Source: Candidatus Bathyarchaeota archaeon RBG_13_60_20
GTDB lineage: Archaea; Thermoproteota; Bathyarchaeia; TCS64
Assembly: GCA_001775965.1 (NCBI GenBank)
Contig: MEZG01000035.1
Span: forward strand, 1-42,120
DNA: 42,120 bases
Direction: 5' to 3'
Part shown: positions 7,613-15,075 of the stretch, one piece after another
Layout: every line of letters starts with the position of its first letter
How positions within the stretch are numbered: the stretch's first letter is position 1
Notes under the pieces: generated by a model
What the model saw: only the letters and a program-made list of their open reading frames with translations
Database searches by the model: none
Told to the model about the DNA's origin: nothing
Translations under genes and position numbers: made by a program

Positions 7613-8263
7613 ATGACCAGCCGAAATTACGTATTAACCTTCACCACAAGATATGCTACCACAAACGACACCCGAACCCTCCTCACTTTCAGGAAAAGAC
7701 TCCAGCAACACCTCCAGAAATCCAACCCTCGCATCTGGAGGAGAGACATGAATTCTTCCGAACTATGGAATGAGGCTCTCTACGATATCGCCGGCCCCAA
7801 TAAGTGGACTTTCATAGCTGAGTACAAAGCCAAACCCATCGGCCACATCTCAGGTGGAACCATCACACGCCCAGACGAAGCCCCGGCCACCATCGGAGTT
7901 ATCAGCACCATGTGGGTAGAGCCTAAACACAGAAACAGGGGCGTGGGAACCCGCCTCGTCCACGATCTCCTGTATCGGCTCACCCAGGAAGGAGCCCGGG
8001 ACATAACCCTCAGGACCGTCAACGGTAACACAGAGGCTCAACGCTTCTGGGCCGGCCTCGGCTTCCAGCCCACCATCACCGTCGCCAACGCCGAGCCCAG
8101 ACGGGTCCTAGAAGCCATCAACAGAATTATCCTGCAATCAGACAAGACCCCTGGCAACCCCACCATGAAGATGCTTGGCCTAGCCGCGGGACACGACGAG
8201 CCCCCGGAGAAGGTCCTATTGGAGGAGGTGGAGGACAAACTTGCCCGCCAGAAGACCCGTTGA
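7613..8263 (+). CDS. GNAT-family N-acetyltransferase
   Basis: 216 aa. The acetyl-CoA binding motif is WVEPKHRNRGVGTRLVHDLL (Q/RxxGxG/A), followed by ...NTEAQRFWAGLGFQP. Confidence 0.8.
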   Translation: MTSRNYVLTFTTRYATTNDTRTLLTFRKRLQQHLQKSNPRIWRRDMNSSELWNEALYDIAGPNKWTFIAEYKAKPIGHISGGTITRPDEAPATIGVISTMWVEPKHRNRGVGTRLVHDLLYRLTQEGARDITLRTVNGNTEAQRFWAGLGFQPTITVANAEPRRVLEAINRIILQSDKTPGNPTMKMLGLAAGHDEPPEKVLLEEVEDKLARQKTR

Positions 8264-8369
8264 CGCCAACTCCTAATCAACTCGCTGAAGCTCCCCAGGG
8301 ACCACCGCCAGAGATGTGGGGCACGGCTCTATGCCGCCCCGCAGAGGGGAGAGTAAGCCTAAACACATG

Positions 8370-8385
8370 AACAATTATATCCAGC
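8370..8385 (+). promoter_or_regulatory. BRE/TATA-like promoter element AACAATTATATCCAGC (copy 2)
   Basis: Identical to 7579-7594. It lies 20 nt upstream of ATGACCAGC, the start of the 8406 ORF. Confidence 0.55.
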
Positions 8386-8405
8386 CTTCCCCACCTCCAG
8401 ACTAG

Positions 8406-8666
8406 ATGACCAGCACCGAGATGAAGGAAGTCCTCAGGGAGATCAGCCTGATCCGCGACAAGATGGAGAGGATAGAGGAGCTCATCGAGGAGAGAGTAAT
8501 AGGATCGGAGAAGCCCCTGAAGGACGAGGTTAAAGCGATAAAAGAATACGAGAAGGCAAAAGAAGACGAGACGCTGGAGCTCGAACGCCTTAAACCAGCG
8601 CCAGGCAGAAACACGCCTCACTCCTCTAAAACAGAAGACGCGAACGCAAACATCACACGTGACTAA
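8406..8666 (+). CDS. small coiled-coil protein resembling archaeal RelB-type antitoxins
   Basis: 86 aa. MKEVLREISLIRDKMERIEELIEERVIGSEKPLKDEVKAIKEYEKAKEDETLELERLK has the helix, extended acidic segment and helix layout I associate with aRelB-like antitoxins. The promoter motif is shared with the GNAT gene. Confidence 0.45.
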   Translation: MTSTEMKEVLREISLIRDKMERIEELIEERVIGSEKPLKDEVKAIKEYEKAKEDETLELERLKPAPGRNTPHSSKTEDANANITRD

Positions 8667-8697
8667 CACGTACATTTATCTACGTGGACCACACGTA
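8656..8697 (+). promoter_or_regulatory. four (C/T)ACGT(G/A) boxes around a TATA-like element: candidate operator
   Basis: CACGTG at 8656-8661, CACGTA at 8667-8672, TACGTG at 8681-8686 and CACGTA at 8692-8697. Boxes 2 and 3 form a perfect inverted repeat flanking CATTTATC. They lie directly upstream of the DUF4258 gene. Confidence 0.45.
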
Positions 8698-8714
8698 TAT
8701 CCTCGGGTCAAGGG

Positions 8715-8942
8715 ATGGGCGCCAAACCCATCAAGCTCACGATGCACGCCGTAGAACGCAGCCTAACCTACGGCCTCGAGCCGGAGGGCATAACCCACAT
8801 CATAAGAGAGGGCGCCAAGAAGCCGGAAGGTAAAACCAAGTGCCGATACATCCTCAAGACCCGGAAAGAAACCCTCGTCGCCATATGCGACGAAGACGAC
8901 GAGCGAGTCATCGTCATAACAGTCATGAAGAGAGGAGCGTAG
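8715..8942 (+). CDS. DUF4258-family putative toxin (BECR/RelE-like fold)
   Basis: 75 aa. IKLTMHAVERSLTYGLEPEGITHII...LVAICDEDDERVIVITVM matches the DUF4258 pattern (HAxeR...gi...vvVITvy). A paralog lies at 38539-38762. Confidence 0.65.
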   Translation: MGAKPIKLTMHAVERSLTYGLEPEGITHIIREGAKKPEGKTKCRYILKTRKETLVAICDEDDERVIVITVMKRGA

Positions 8943-8946
8943 AAAA

Positions 8947-9276
8947 ATGAAGTGCTACAAGGACGGAGGCGAGATGGTGCCCACGGTGATCGACTACGAG
9001 CACCGCGGAATCGTCGTGAAGGGCGTGAAAGCCCTCAAATGCCCGGTCTGCGGAGAGGAGGTGATCGACGTCGACGAGTACGGCAAGGTCAAGCGCCGCA
9101 TCGAATCCATGATCAAGCCCCTCAGGCTCCGACGCAAGATCAGCAGCGCGGGGAACCGCCCCGCCATCTACCTCCCCGAGGACGTAGTGAACGCCGTCAA
9201 GGTGGAGATAGGCGACGACGTGGAGATATACGTTGAGGGAAACCGCATCATAATAGAGCCGGTAAACACGAGCTGA
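8947..9276 (+). CDS. YgiT/MqsA-like Zn-ribbon + SpoVT/AbrB-domain putative antitoxin
   Basis: 109 aa. The N-terminal part ...VKGVKALKCPVCGEEV is YgiT-type zinc-finger-like, and the C-terminal RKISSAGNRPAIYLPEDVVNAVKVEIGDDVEIYVEGNRIIIEP is an AbrB/SpoVT swapped-hairpin. It starts 4 nt after the DUF4258 stop. Confidence 0.7.
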   Translation: MKCYKDGGEMVPTVIDYEHRGIVVKGVKALKCPVCGEEVIDVDEYGKVKRRIESMIKPLRLRRKISSAGNRPAIYLPEDVVNAVKVEIGDDVEIYVEGNRIIIEPVNTS

Positions 9277-9515
9277 AGGTTCACGGGGGCACGTTATTCA
9301 GACAGAAAAACGTGGTAACCATCCCTAAGATGCAAATGAAGCGCAGACATGCAAAAAAAATCATTTGAAAAAGGTAGGAGCACTTATTTTAGGACTAAAA
9401 AACCTCCTAAAATGAGGCGCCTAAAGACCACCAAGATGACTGAAAAAGGATTTATCTCTACCCCACCTCAGGCGGACTATAAATAACCGGCTCCGCAAAA
9501 TAATAACAGCCAACC

Positions 9516-9749
9516 ATGGCCACACACAAGTTCACGGCTTTCCTGGAGCCCGCTGAGGAGGGCGGCTACATAGTAAAATGCCTCGAGCTACCCGTAGCCA
9601 GCCAAGGAGATACCAAGGAGGAGGCCCTAGCCAACATAAAGGAGGCCGTCGAAGGCTACCTGGAGGCCAAGACCGAACTCTTCCGAAACCAGGTAAAGGG
9701 GGAGAGGGTGGAGATCATTGTCGAAGCTCCTCCAACTGTCCTGGCGTGA
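9516..9749 (+). CDS. hicB: HicB-like antitoxin (UPF0150)
   Basis: 77 aa. FTAFLEPAEEGGYIVKCLELPVASQGDTKEEALANIKEAVEGYLE is the classic HicB N-terminal domain. CTATAAATAA lies about 30 nt upstream of the ATG. Confidence 0.8.
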   Translation: MATHKFTAFLEPAEEGGYIVKCLELPVASQGDTKEEALANIKEAVEGYLEAKTELFRNQVKGERVEIIVEAPPTVLA

Positions 9750-9939
9750 AGTAGTCAAAGCCCTGACCCGGGCCGGGTTCACAGTCTCAAGATAGAGAGG
9801 AAGCCACCTCATTCTGGTGAAAGACGAGCGTATAGTGCCCGTTCCTAAGCACATGGTAATAAAGAGGGGTCTGCTGCAGGCGATCATAGTCGAGGCCGAC
9901 TTGACCCGAGAAGAGTTTCTACAGCTTCTAAGAGATTAA
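9718..9939 (+). pseudogene. hicA: hicA toxin gene interrupted by an in-frame TAG
   Basis: From TTG at 9718 the frame reads (M)SKLLQLSWREVVKALTRAGFTVSR*RGSHLILVKDERIVPVPKHMVIKRGLLQAIIVEADLTREEFLQLLRD*. This is canonical HicA (..vikaL.kaGF...rqkGSH......g....vP.H....kgtl..Il...gl..eeF). The stop at 9793-9795 sits where Q/T normally precedes (K/R)GSH. It overlaps the hicB 3' end. Confidence 0.7.
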
Positions 9940-10039
9940 GGGTAAGCCTCAAGCACGATTATGACTGGGACCATCGTGCAAGTAAACACTAGACCCGGGA
10001 GCTAAGAATGAACGGGCACGGCGGACACCGCCACCCAGA

Positions 10040-10130
10040 AGCCCCTAAAAGCTTCCGAACCCGAAAACAATCCAGAAAACGGGGATAATGGCGGCGGCGA
10101 AGGGGCATCTCTTCCCCCACCACCACGCAC
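10040..10130. repeat. copy B of the imperfect direct repeat of about 85 nt (partner at 4463-4545)
   Basis: See copy A. Same orientation, immediately upstream of yhbY. Confidence 0.6.
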
Positions 10131-10184
10131 TGAGACAGAGCCCAGATAAACCCATATACGCCCGCCCCCAATACCCCACCCACC

Positions 10185-10478
10185 ATGACCATCCCACTCG
10201 AGAAGCTCAGACGACTCAGGGCCCAGGCCCACGGCCTCAAGCCCCTCGTCCAGATCGGCAAGGAGGGAGTCACGGAGGCCCAGGTAGAGACCATCAAGCG
10301 CCACCTGGACCACCACGAGCTCATCAAGGTCAAGTTTAACGAGCACAAGGACCAGCGCAGAGAGCTCTCGGCCATCATAGCCGAGAAGACCGGCTCGGAG
10401 CAGGTCAGCCTCACAGGCAACACCCTCACCCTCTACAGGGCCAACCCTGACCCCGCCAAACGAAAGGTAAGCCCCTAA
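10185..10478 (+). CDS. yhbY: CRM-domain RNA-binding protein YhbY
   Basis: 97 aa. LRAQAHGLKPLVQIGKEGVTEAQVETIKRHLDHHELIKVKF is the YhbY/CRS1 signature. Confidence 0.85.
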   Translation: MTIPLEKLRRLRAQAHGLKPLVQIGKEGVTEAQVETIKRHLDHHELIKVKFNEHKDQRRELSAIIAEKTGSEQVSLTGNTLTLYRANPDPAKRKVSP

Positions 10479-10529
10479 ACTTTCAGACTCCGGACAAGTT
10501 TTATAAGATAATATCGGAAATATCCGTTC

Positions 10530-11015
10530 ATGGCCAGAGAATCCAAGCTGGACCACGTGGACGTGGCCATCCTCAGGGCCCTGCAGCTGGACGCCAGGAC
10601 CAGGTATAGCGACATAGCTGAGGCCCAGGGTGTCAGCGTGGACACCGTCATCAAGCGATTCAGGAAGCTCAGGCGTAGCGGCCTCGTCAAGCGGACCACA
10701 CTCCTCCTCGACCCCCGCCGCCTCGGCTTGGAGGTCCTCGCTAACCTGGCCATAACCTGCGAGCCCAGCGGCATCGAACAGGTCGCGGACTACATGCGAG
10801 GCCGCGGGGGCGTGCTCTTCGCCACCCACACCATGGGCCAGTACGACGTCTTCGCGGTGGCCGCCACCCGCACCATGAACGAGATGAACGCCCTCAAGGA
10901 GTCCATCCAGGCCCACGGCATGGTCAAGGACGTCAAGGCAAGCATATGGGTGGACCAGTTCCTACTCTGCCCCCAGAACTTCGAGCTGGAGCCCGCCGCG
11001 GAGGCGCAGCCGTGA
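10530..11015 (+). CDS. Lrp/AsnC-family transcriptional regulator
   Basis: 161 aa. LDHVDVAILRALQLDARTRYSDIAEAQGVSVDTVIKRFRKLRRSGLV is the HTH_AsnC domain, followed by a RAM/ACT-like C-terminal domain. Confidence 0.85.
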   Translation: MARESKLDHVDVAILRALQLDARTRYSDIAEAQGVSVDTVIKRFRKLRRSGLVKRTTLLLDPRRLGLEVLANLAITCEPSGIEQVADYMRGRGGVLFATHTMGQYDVFAVAATRTMNEMNALKESIQAHGMVKDVKASIWVDQFLLCPQNFELEPAAEAQP

Positions 11016-11464
11016 ACGACCTGGATCGGTTCATCATCGAGTCCCTGACGGGCGACGCCAGGACCAGCTTCAGGCGCATATCCGGCGAGGCGGGCAGGTC
11101 CACGGACACCGTAATCAACCACTATAACCAGCTGGTTGCCGACGGGGTCATCAGGGGCAGCACTGTCGTCCTGGACGCAGCCAGGATCGGGTACGAGGGC
11201 GTGGCCGCCTTCAACATAGACGTCGCGACCTCAGGCGGCGCCAACCCCGCCGACGTCATGGAGACCCTCATCAGGATGCCCAACATCATCCTATCCACCA
11301 AGACCGTCGGCGAGAACGACATACTGGCCATCGCCGTTATCCACGACGTCGACCACTACGCCAGGCTGGGCCGGGAGATAGCCTCAATACCTGGCGTCCG
11401 AAGCATCAGTTCCAACCTGTGGCCTGGCGGCCAGGAGATATGCCCCAGGTACTTCATAGTCTAG
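11012..11464 (+). CDS. Lrp/AsnC-family transcriptional regulator (second, translationally coupled)
   Basis: I start it at GTG 11012 (GTGA overlap with the upstream stop). VNDLDRFIIESLTGDARTSFRRISGEAGRSTDTVINHYNQLVADGVI is an AsnC-type HTH. The longer track ORF from 10946 overlaps the previous gene. Confidence 0.8.
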   Translation: MNDLDRFIIESLTGDARTSFRRISGEAGRSTDTVINHYNQLVADGVIRGSTVVLDAARIGYEGVAAFNIDVATSGGANPADVMETLIRMPNIILSTKTVGENDILAIAVIHDVDHYARLGREIASIPGVRSISSNLWPGGQEICPRYFIV

Positions 11465-11485
11465 CCACGAGGAGGCCCTCGAGGG

Positions 11486-12088
11486 TTAGGGCCTGCGGGC
11501 CACCAGGACGCGGTACCCGCTGCCCTTGGACGCGACGGTGTGCCCCCCGAAGTGCTCGTCAACCATCCTCGCCAGGGTCCTGCCGCCCTTGTTGCTCTGA
11601 ACAACCAGCTGCAACAGGCCGCCCTCCTCAAGGTGTCCGACAGCACCCGCCACGAGGGGCTCCACGACCCTCCTCATCCCCGCCGAGATGGGCGGGTTGG
11701 AGACGACAGTGCTGAACCTCCTGTCCCCCACCGGCTCGTAGAGGTCCCCGGTCAGGACCTCGGCGTTGCCCAGCCTCATCCTGGCGACGTTCTCGGCGGC
11801 CAGCGCCGCGGCCCGCTGGTTAACCTCAGTCATGGTGACCCTCAGCCCCGGCTCCAGGGTGGCCGCCACGACGCCCAGGACGCCGTACCCGCAGCCCAGG
11901 TCCAGGAATGACCCCTCGGCGGGCACATCCATGGACTCCACGAGCAGCCGGGTCCCGTTGTCGATCCTCTTGTGGCTGAAGACGCCCGTCGCGGTGACGA
12001 ACCTGTAGCGCCTGCCTCTCAGGTAGGCAGAGACGATGCCCCTCTCGAGCTTGGAGTCGGGCTCAGGCGAGTAGTAGTGGCCGCTCAC
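11486..12088 (-). CDS. class I SAM-dependent methyltransferase (RsmC/MTS 'small domain' type)
   Basis: 200 aa. FLDLGCGYGVLG is SAM motif I and VVSNPPISAG is the NPPxxxG N-methyl catalytic motif. FVTATGVFSHKRIDNGTRLL is typical of COG2813 enzymes. It starts 3 nt downstream of the cbf5 stop. Confidence 0.8.
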   Translation of the reverse strand: MSGHYYSPEPDSKLERGIVSAYLRGRRYRFVTATGVFSHKRIDNGTRLLVESMDVPAEGSFLDLGCGYGVLGVVAATLEPGLRVTMTEVNQRAAALAAENVARMRLGNAEVLTGDLYEPVGDRRFSTVVSNPPISAGMRRVVEPLVAGAVGHLEEGGLLQLVVQSNKGGRTLARMVDEHFGGHTVASKGSGYRVLVARRP

Positions 12089-12091
12089 CGC

Positions 12092-13081
12092 TCACCACGT
12101 TTTAGGGTAGACGCCCATGGGCATTATGACTCTTATGCTTGACGCCACGATGCCGTGGGCCTCGGCCTGGATCTTGCCGCTGGCCATCTCGGCCTTCATG
12201 ATGGCCACCAGCTCGCCCTTCTGCGTCATGGCGGCCACGTGGCTGCCCGCCTCTATGCCGGTCTCGTAGCGGAGCACCCCGGGGACCGCGAGCTGGGCGC
12301 CGTTGCAGACGGCCTCCACGGCGGAGTCCCTTATCCATATCTTGGGCAGGAGGGCCACGGCGTCCTCCACTGGCCTTATGAGCTTCCTGAGGGGCGCCTC
12401 GTCGCCCTCGTCCCTGCGGTCCAGGGCGTCCGTGAGGTCGTACATGGTGACGGCCTCCTCCTCCAGGAACGGGCCGCTCCGTGTGCGCCTCAGCTCCTGC
12501 ATGTGTGCGCCGCAGCCAAGCACCTCGCCCACGTCGAAGCACAGCTTCCTGATGTAGGTGCCGCTCTCGCAGGATACCTTGAACAGCCAGTTCCTGCCGT
12601 CGCCCTCCAGGTAGTCCACGCCGTATATCCAGCGGGTCCTGAGGCGGCGGCTGACGCTGCTCCGGAGGGGCGGCCTCTGGAATATCTCTCCCACGAAGAG
12701 ACTCAGGGCCTCGCGGACGCGCTTCTCCGTGGCGTCCTCGTGTGTGCGCATCACGCAGACGTACTCCTTACCCGCCTCCAGGAGGGCCTGGACGACCTTG
12801 GTGCTGTCCTGCAGCGTCACAGGCAGAACGCCCGTGACCTTGGGGTCCAGGGTGCCGCCGTGGCCCACCTTGTCCAGCTCCAGGAGCTTCTTGACCCACG
12901 AGGCCACCTCGTGGCTGGTGGGGCCCGGCACCTTGTCGATTACGACGAGGCCGAACCTGATGTACTGGGATAGGGGCCTCTTGTCGGGGGAGCAGCCGTA
13001 CCTATCGCTGGGCTCTTCCTCGGCCTTCACCCTGACCTCCCGCTGGGCCTCCCAGGCCGGCCTCTTAGACATGTTTCTCAT
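12092..13081 (-). CDS. cbf5: H/ACA RNP pseudouridine synthase Cbf5 (TruB family with PUA domain)
   Basis: 329 aa. VVIDKVPGPTSHEV...GHGGTLDPKVTGVLPV carries the TruB catalytic Asp motif. The C-terminal PUA-like region is IWIRDSAVEAVCNGAQLAVPGV. Confidence 0.9.
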   Translation of the reverse strand: MRNMSKRPAWEAQREVRVKAEEEPSDRYGCSPDKRPLSQYIRFGLVVIDKVPGPTSHEVASWVKKLLELDKVGHGGTLDPKVTGVLPVTLQDSTKVVQALLEAGKEYVCVMRTHEDATEKRVREALSLFVGEIFQRPPLRSSVSRRLRTRWIYGVDYLEGDGRNWLFKVSCESGTYIRKLCFDVGEVLGCGAHMQELRRTRSGPFLEEEAVTMYDLTDALDRRDEGDEAPLRKLIRPVEDAVALLPKIWIRDSAVEAVCNGAQLAVPGVLRYETGIEAGSHVAAMTQKGELVAIMKAEMASGKIQAEAHGIVASSIRVIMPMGVYPKTW

Positions 13082-13142
13082 TGAACCGCACGGTGACTAT
13101 AAAGCATAGCTCTTATCCGCGGAAGACCAATAAGGCTTCGGC

Positions 13143-13817
13143 ATGGTCAAGGCGGTTCTCCTCGACCTGGGCAACACCCTGGTCAGCTACTACCCGAGAG
13201 AAGAGTTCCCCGGAATACTCACTGAAGCCATAAACGGCTGCGCATGGCACCTCCACCACGCTGGCGTAGAATACCCACTAGAGAACCTCTGGGATAGGGT
13301 CAAGGAGCAGGACCACGGCTCACCCGACAACAGGGTCTACACCCTGGAGGCTCGCCTCGCAACCATATTCCAAGTCGAGGACCAGGAGGCCATCGGCAGG
13401 CTGTGCAGCGTATTCATGCAGCCCATATTCGCGCGGGGTAGGCTCCACGGCGACGCCGAGCCCACCCTCAGGAGGCTCAGAGCCCGGGGCATCAAGACAG
13501 CCATAGTCTCCAACACGCCCTGGGGCAGCCCCGCCGACCTCTGGAGACGCGAGTTGGAAAGGCTGGGCCTGGCACGGCTGGTGGACGAGGCGGTCTTCTG
13601 CCGCGACGTGGGCTGGAGGAAGCCCGACCCCAGGGTATTCACCTACACGTTGGACTTGCTGGGCGTCGAGGCCCGGGACTCCGTGTTCGTGGGCGACGAC
13701 CCCCGGTGGGACGTGGAGGGACCCAGGGCCCTGGGAATGAGGGCGGTGCTGGTGGACAGGGCGGGTCGTAACCCCGACGCCCTGCACGGGCTCGAGGGGC
13801 TCATAGAGCTTCTTTAA
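13143..13817 (+). CDS. HAD-superfamily hydrolase (subfamily IA-like)
   Basis: 224 aa. VLLDLGNTLV is motif I, IVSNTP is motif II and VGDDPRWDVEGPRALGMRAVLV is motif IV. Confidence 0.8.
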   Translation: MVKAVLLDLGNTLVSYYPREEFPGILTEAINGCAWHLHHAGVEYPLENLWDRVKEQDHGSPDNRVYTLEARLATIFQVEDQEAIGRLCSVFMQPIFARGRLHGDAEPTLRRLRARGIKTAIVSNTPWGSPADLWRRELERLGLARLVDEAVFCRDVGWRKPDPRVFTYTLDLLGVEARDSVFVGDDPRWDVEGPRALGMRAVLVDRAGRNPDALHGLEGLIELL

Positions 13818-13845
13818 GCCCCATTATCCGCTGGGCAACCATTAT

Positions 13846-15075
13846 ATGGGGTACTGCTCACTGTATCCTGTCTTGTTGAGTAAAACAGCCGTCAGGCGCC
13901 TCATGCTGCTGAAGCAGGGGGTCGCGTCCACCCAGGGCCATGCAGACAAGGACCACGTCTTCAGGGCCGTGGACGGCCTCGGCTGCATCCAGATCGACAC
14001 CATCAACGTCCTGGAGAGGGCCCAGTACCTCACCCTCTGGGCCAGGCTCGGCCCTTACGACAAGGGCCACCTGGACCAGCTGGCATACAGGGACAGGCTC
14101 CTCTTCGAGCACTGGGCTCACGCCGCCAGCTACATCCCCACAAGGGACTACAGGTACTACGTCCGCTCCATGGAGGAGAGGAGTAGGGAGATGGAGGCTA
14201 GGTTTAGCCGCCGCACGGGTAAGGACCCCGACCTTATAGACGCGGTGCTAGCCAGGATACGGGACGAGGGTCCCCTCGGCTCCAGCGACTTCGAGGGCCC
14301 CAAGAGGCGCGGCAGCTGGTGGAACTGGAAGCCCGCTAAGACGGCCCTGGAGCTCCTCCTCGGCGCAGGCACCCTATTGGTCCACCACAGAAACAACTTC
14401 CAGAGGTACTACGACCTGGCCGAGAACGTCCTACCCTCGTGGGTGGACGCCTCGCCGCCCACCGACGACGAGAGGGTGGACTTCTTTATCCTGAGGACCT
14501 TGGGCGCCTTGGGGGCCGTGAAGGCGGGCGACATTAGGGAGTACTACCAACACTGGTCAGTAAAGCTGGGCCGAACCATCAAGCAGCTGGAGGACAGCCT
14601 TCGGCGGTTAAACTCGGAGGGAGAGATGGAGACAGCCAAGTTGGAGGGCGGGAAGACGGAGTACCATCTACTCGCCTCCCACATCGAAGACGCCCAGCGG
14701 CTCCAGGGCGACTGGGGCTTCGACAGCGTTAGGTTGATCAACTACTTCGACAACCTCATGTGGAACCGCGGCAGGGTCCACACACTCTTCGGCTTCCAGC
14801 CCAAGCTGGAGGTCTACCTGCCCCAGGATCAGAGGACCTACGGCTACTACCACCTACCCATCCTCTACGGGGACAGGTTGGTGGCCCGCCTCGAGCCCAA
14901 GATGATGCGTTCCGAAGGCACGCTCCTTGTAAGGGGCTACTGGCCCGAGGAGGGCTTCAAGCCCACCGAAGAGTATCAGAACAAGCTTGAGGAAACCTTG
15001 GGGTCCCTGGCCCGCTTCAACGGCGCCGACAGGGTAGAGTGGACGGCCCAGGCTACTTCTTCGGCCAGCCCGTGA
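13846..15075 (+). CDS. YcaQ/AlkZ-like winged-helix DNA glycosylase family protein (DUF1006/HTH_42)
   Basis: 409 aa. The N-terminus is AVRRLMLLKQGV...GCIQIDTINVLERAQYLTLWARL with a Q-I-D (Q-phi-D) motif as in the YcaQ clade, then LFEHWAHAASYIP. Overall length fits. Confidence 0.65.
   Translation: MGYCSLYPVLLSKTAVRRLMLLKQGVASTQGHADKDHVFRAVDGLGCIQIDTINVLERAQYLTLWARLGPYDKGHLDQLAYRDRLLFEHWAHAASYIPTRDYRYYVRSMEERSREMEARFSRRTGKDPDLIDAVLARIRDEGPLGSSDFEGPKRRGSWWNWKPAKTALELLLGAGTLLVHHRNNFQRYYDLAENVLPSWVDASPPTDDERVDFFILRTLGALGAVKAGDIREYYQHWSVKLGRTIKQLEDSLRRLNSEGEMETAKLEGGKTEYHLLASHIEDAQRLQGDWGFDSVRLINYFDNLMWNRGRVHTLFGFQPKLEVYLPQDQRTYGYYHLPILYGDRLVARLEPKMMRSEGTLLVRGYWPEEGFKPTEEYQNKLEETLGSLARFNGADRVEWTAQATSSASP

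Noticed and set aside
9793-9795. TAG in hicA as a programmed recoding (pyrrolysine or read-through) site
   Set aside because: There are no pyl genes or any other hint of amber recoding in the window. A simple CAG to TAG nonsense mutation at a position normally Q/T is the parsimonious reading.
10002-10916. 304-aa minus-strand ORF, and similar long ORFs at 577-1116, 18012-18974, 25453-26610, 35834-36721 and 40531-41343
   Set aside because: They lie antisense to, or out of frame with, genes that have strong domain signatures. Their translations are low-complexity (Gly/Arg/Pro/Ala/His-rich), as expected for shadow ORFs in GC-rich DNA. 35834-36721 even runs across two tRNA genes.
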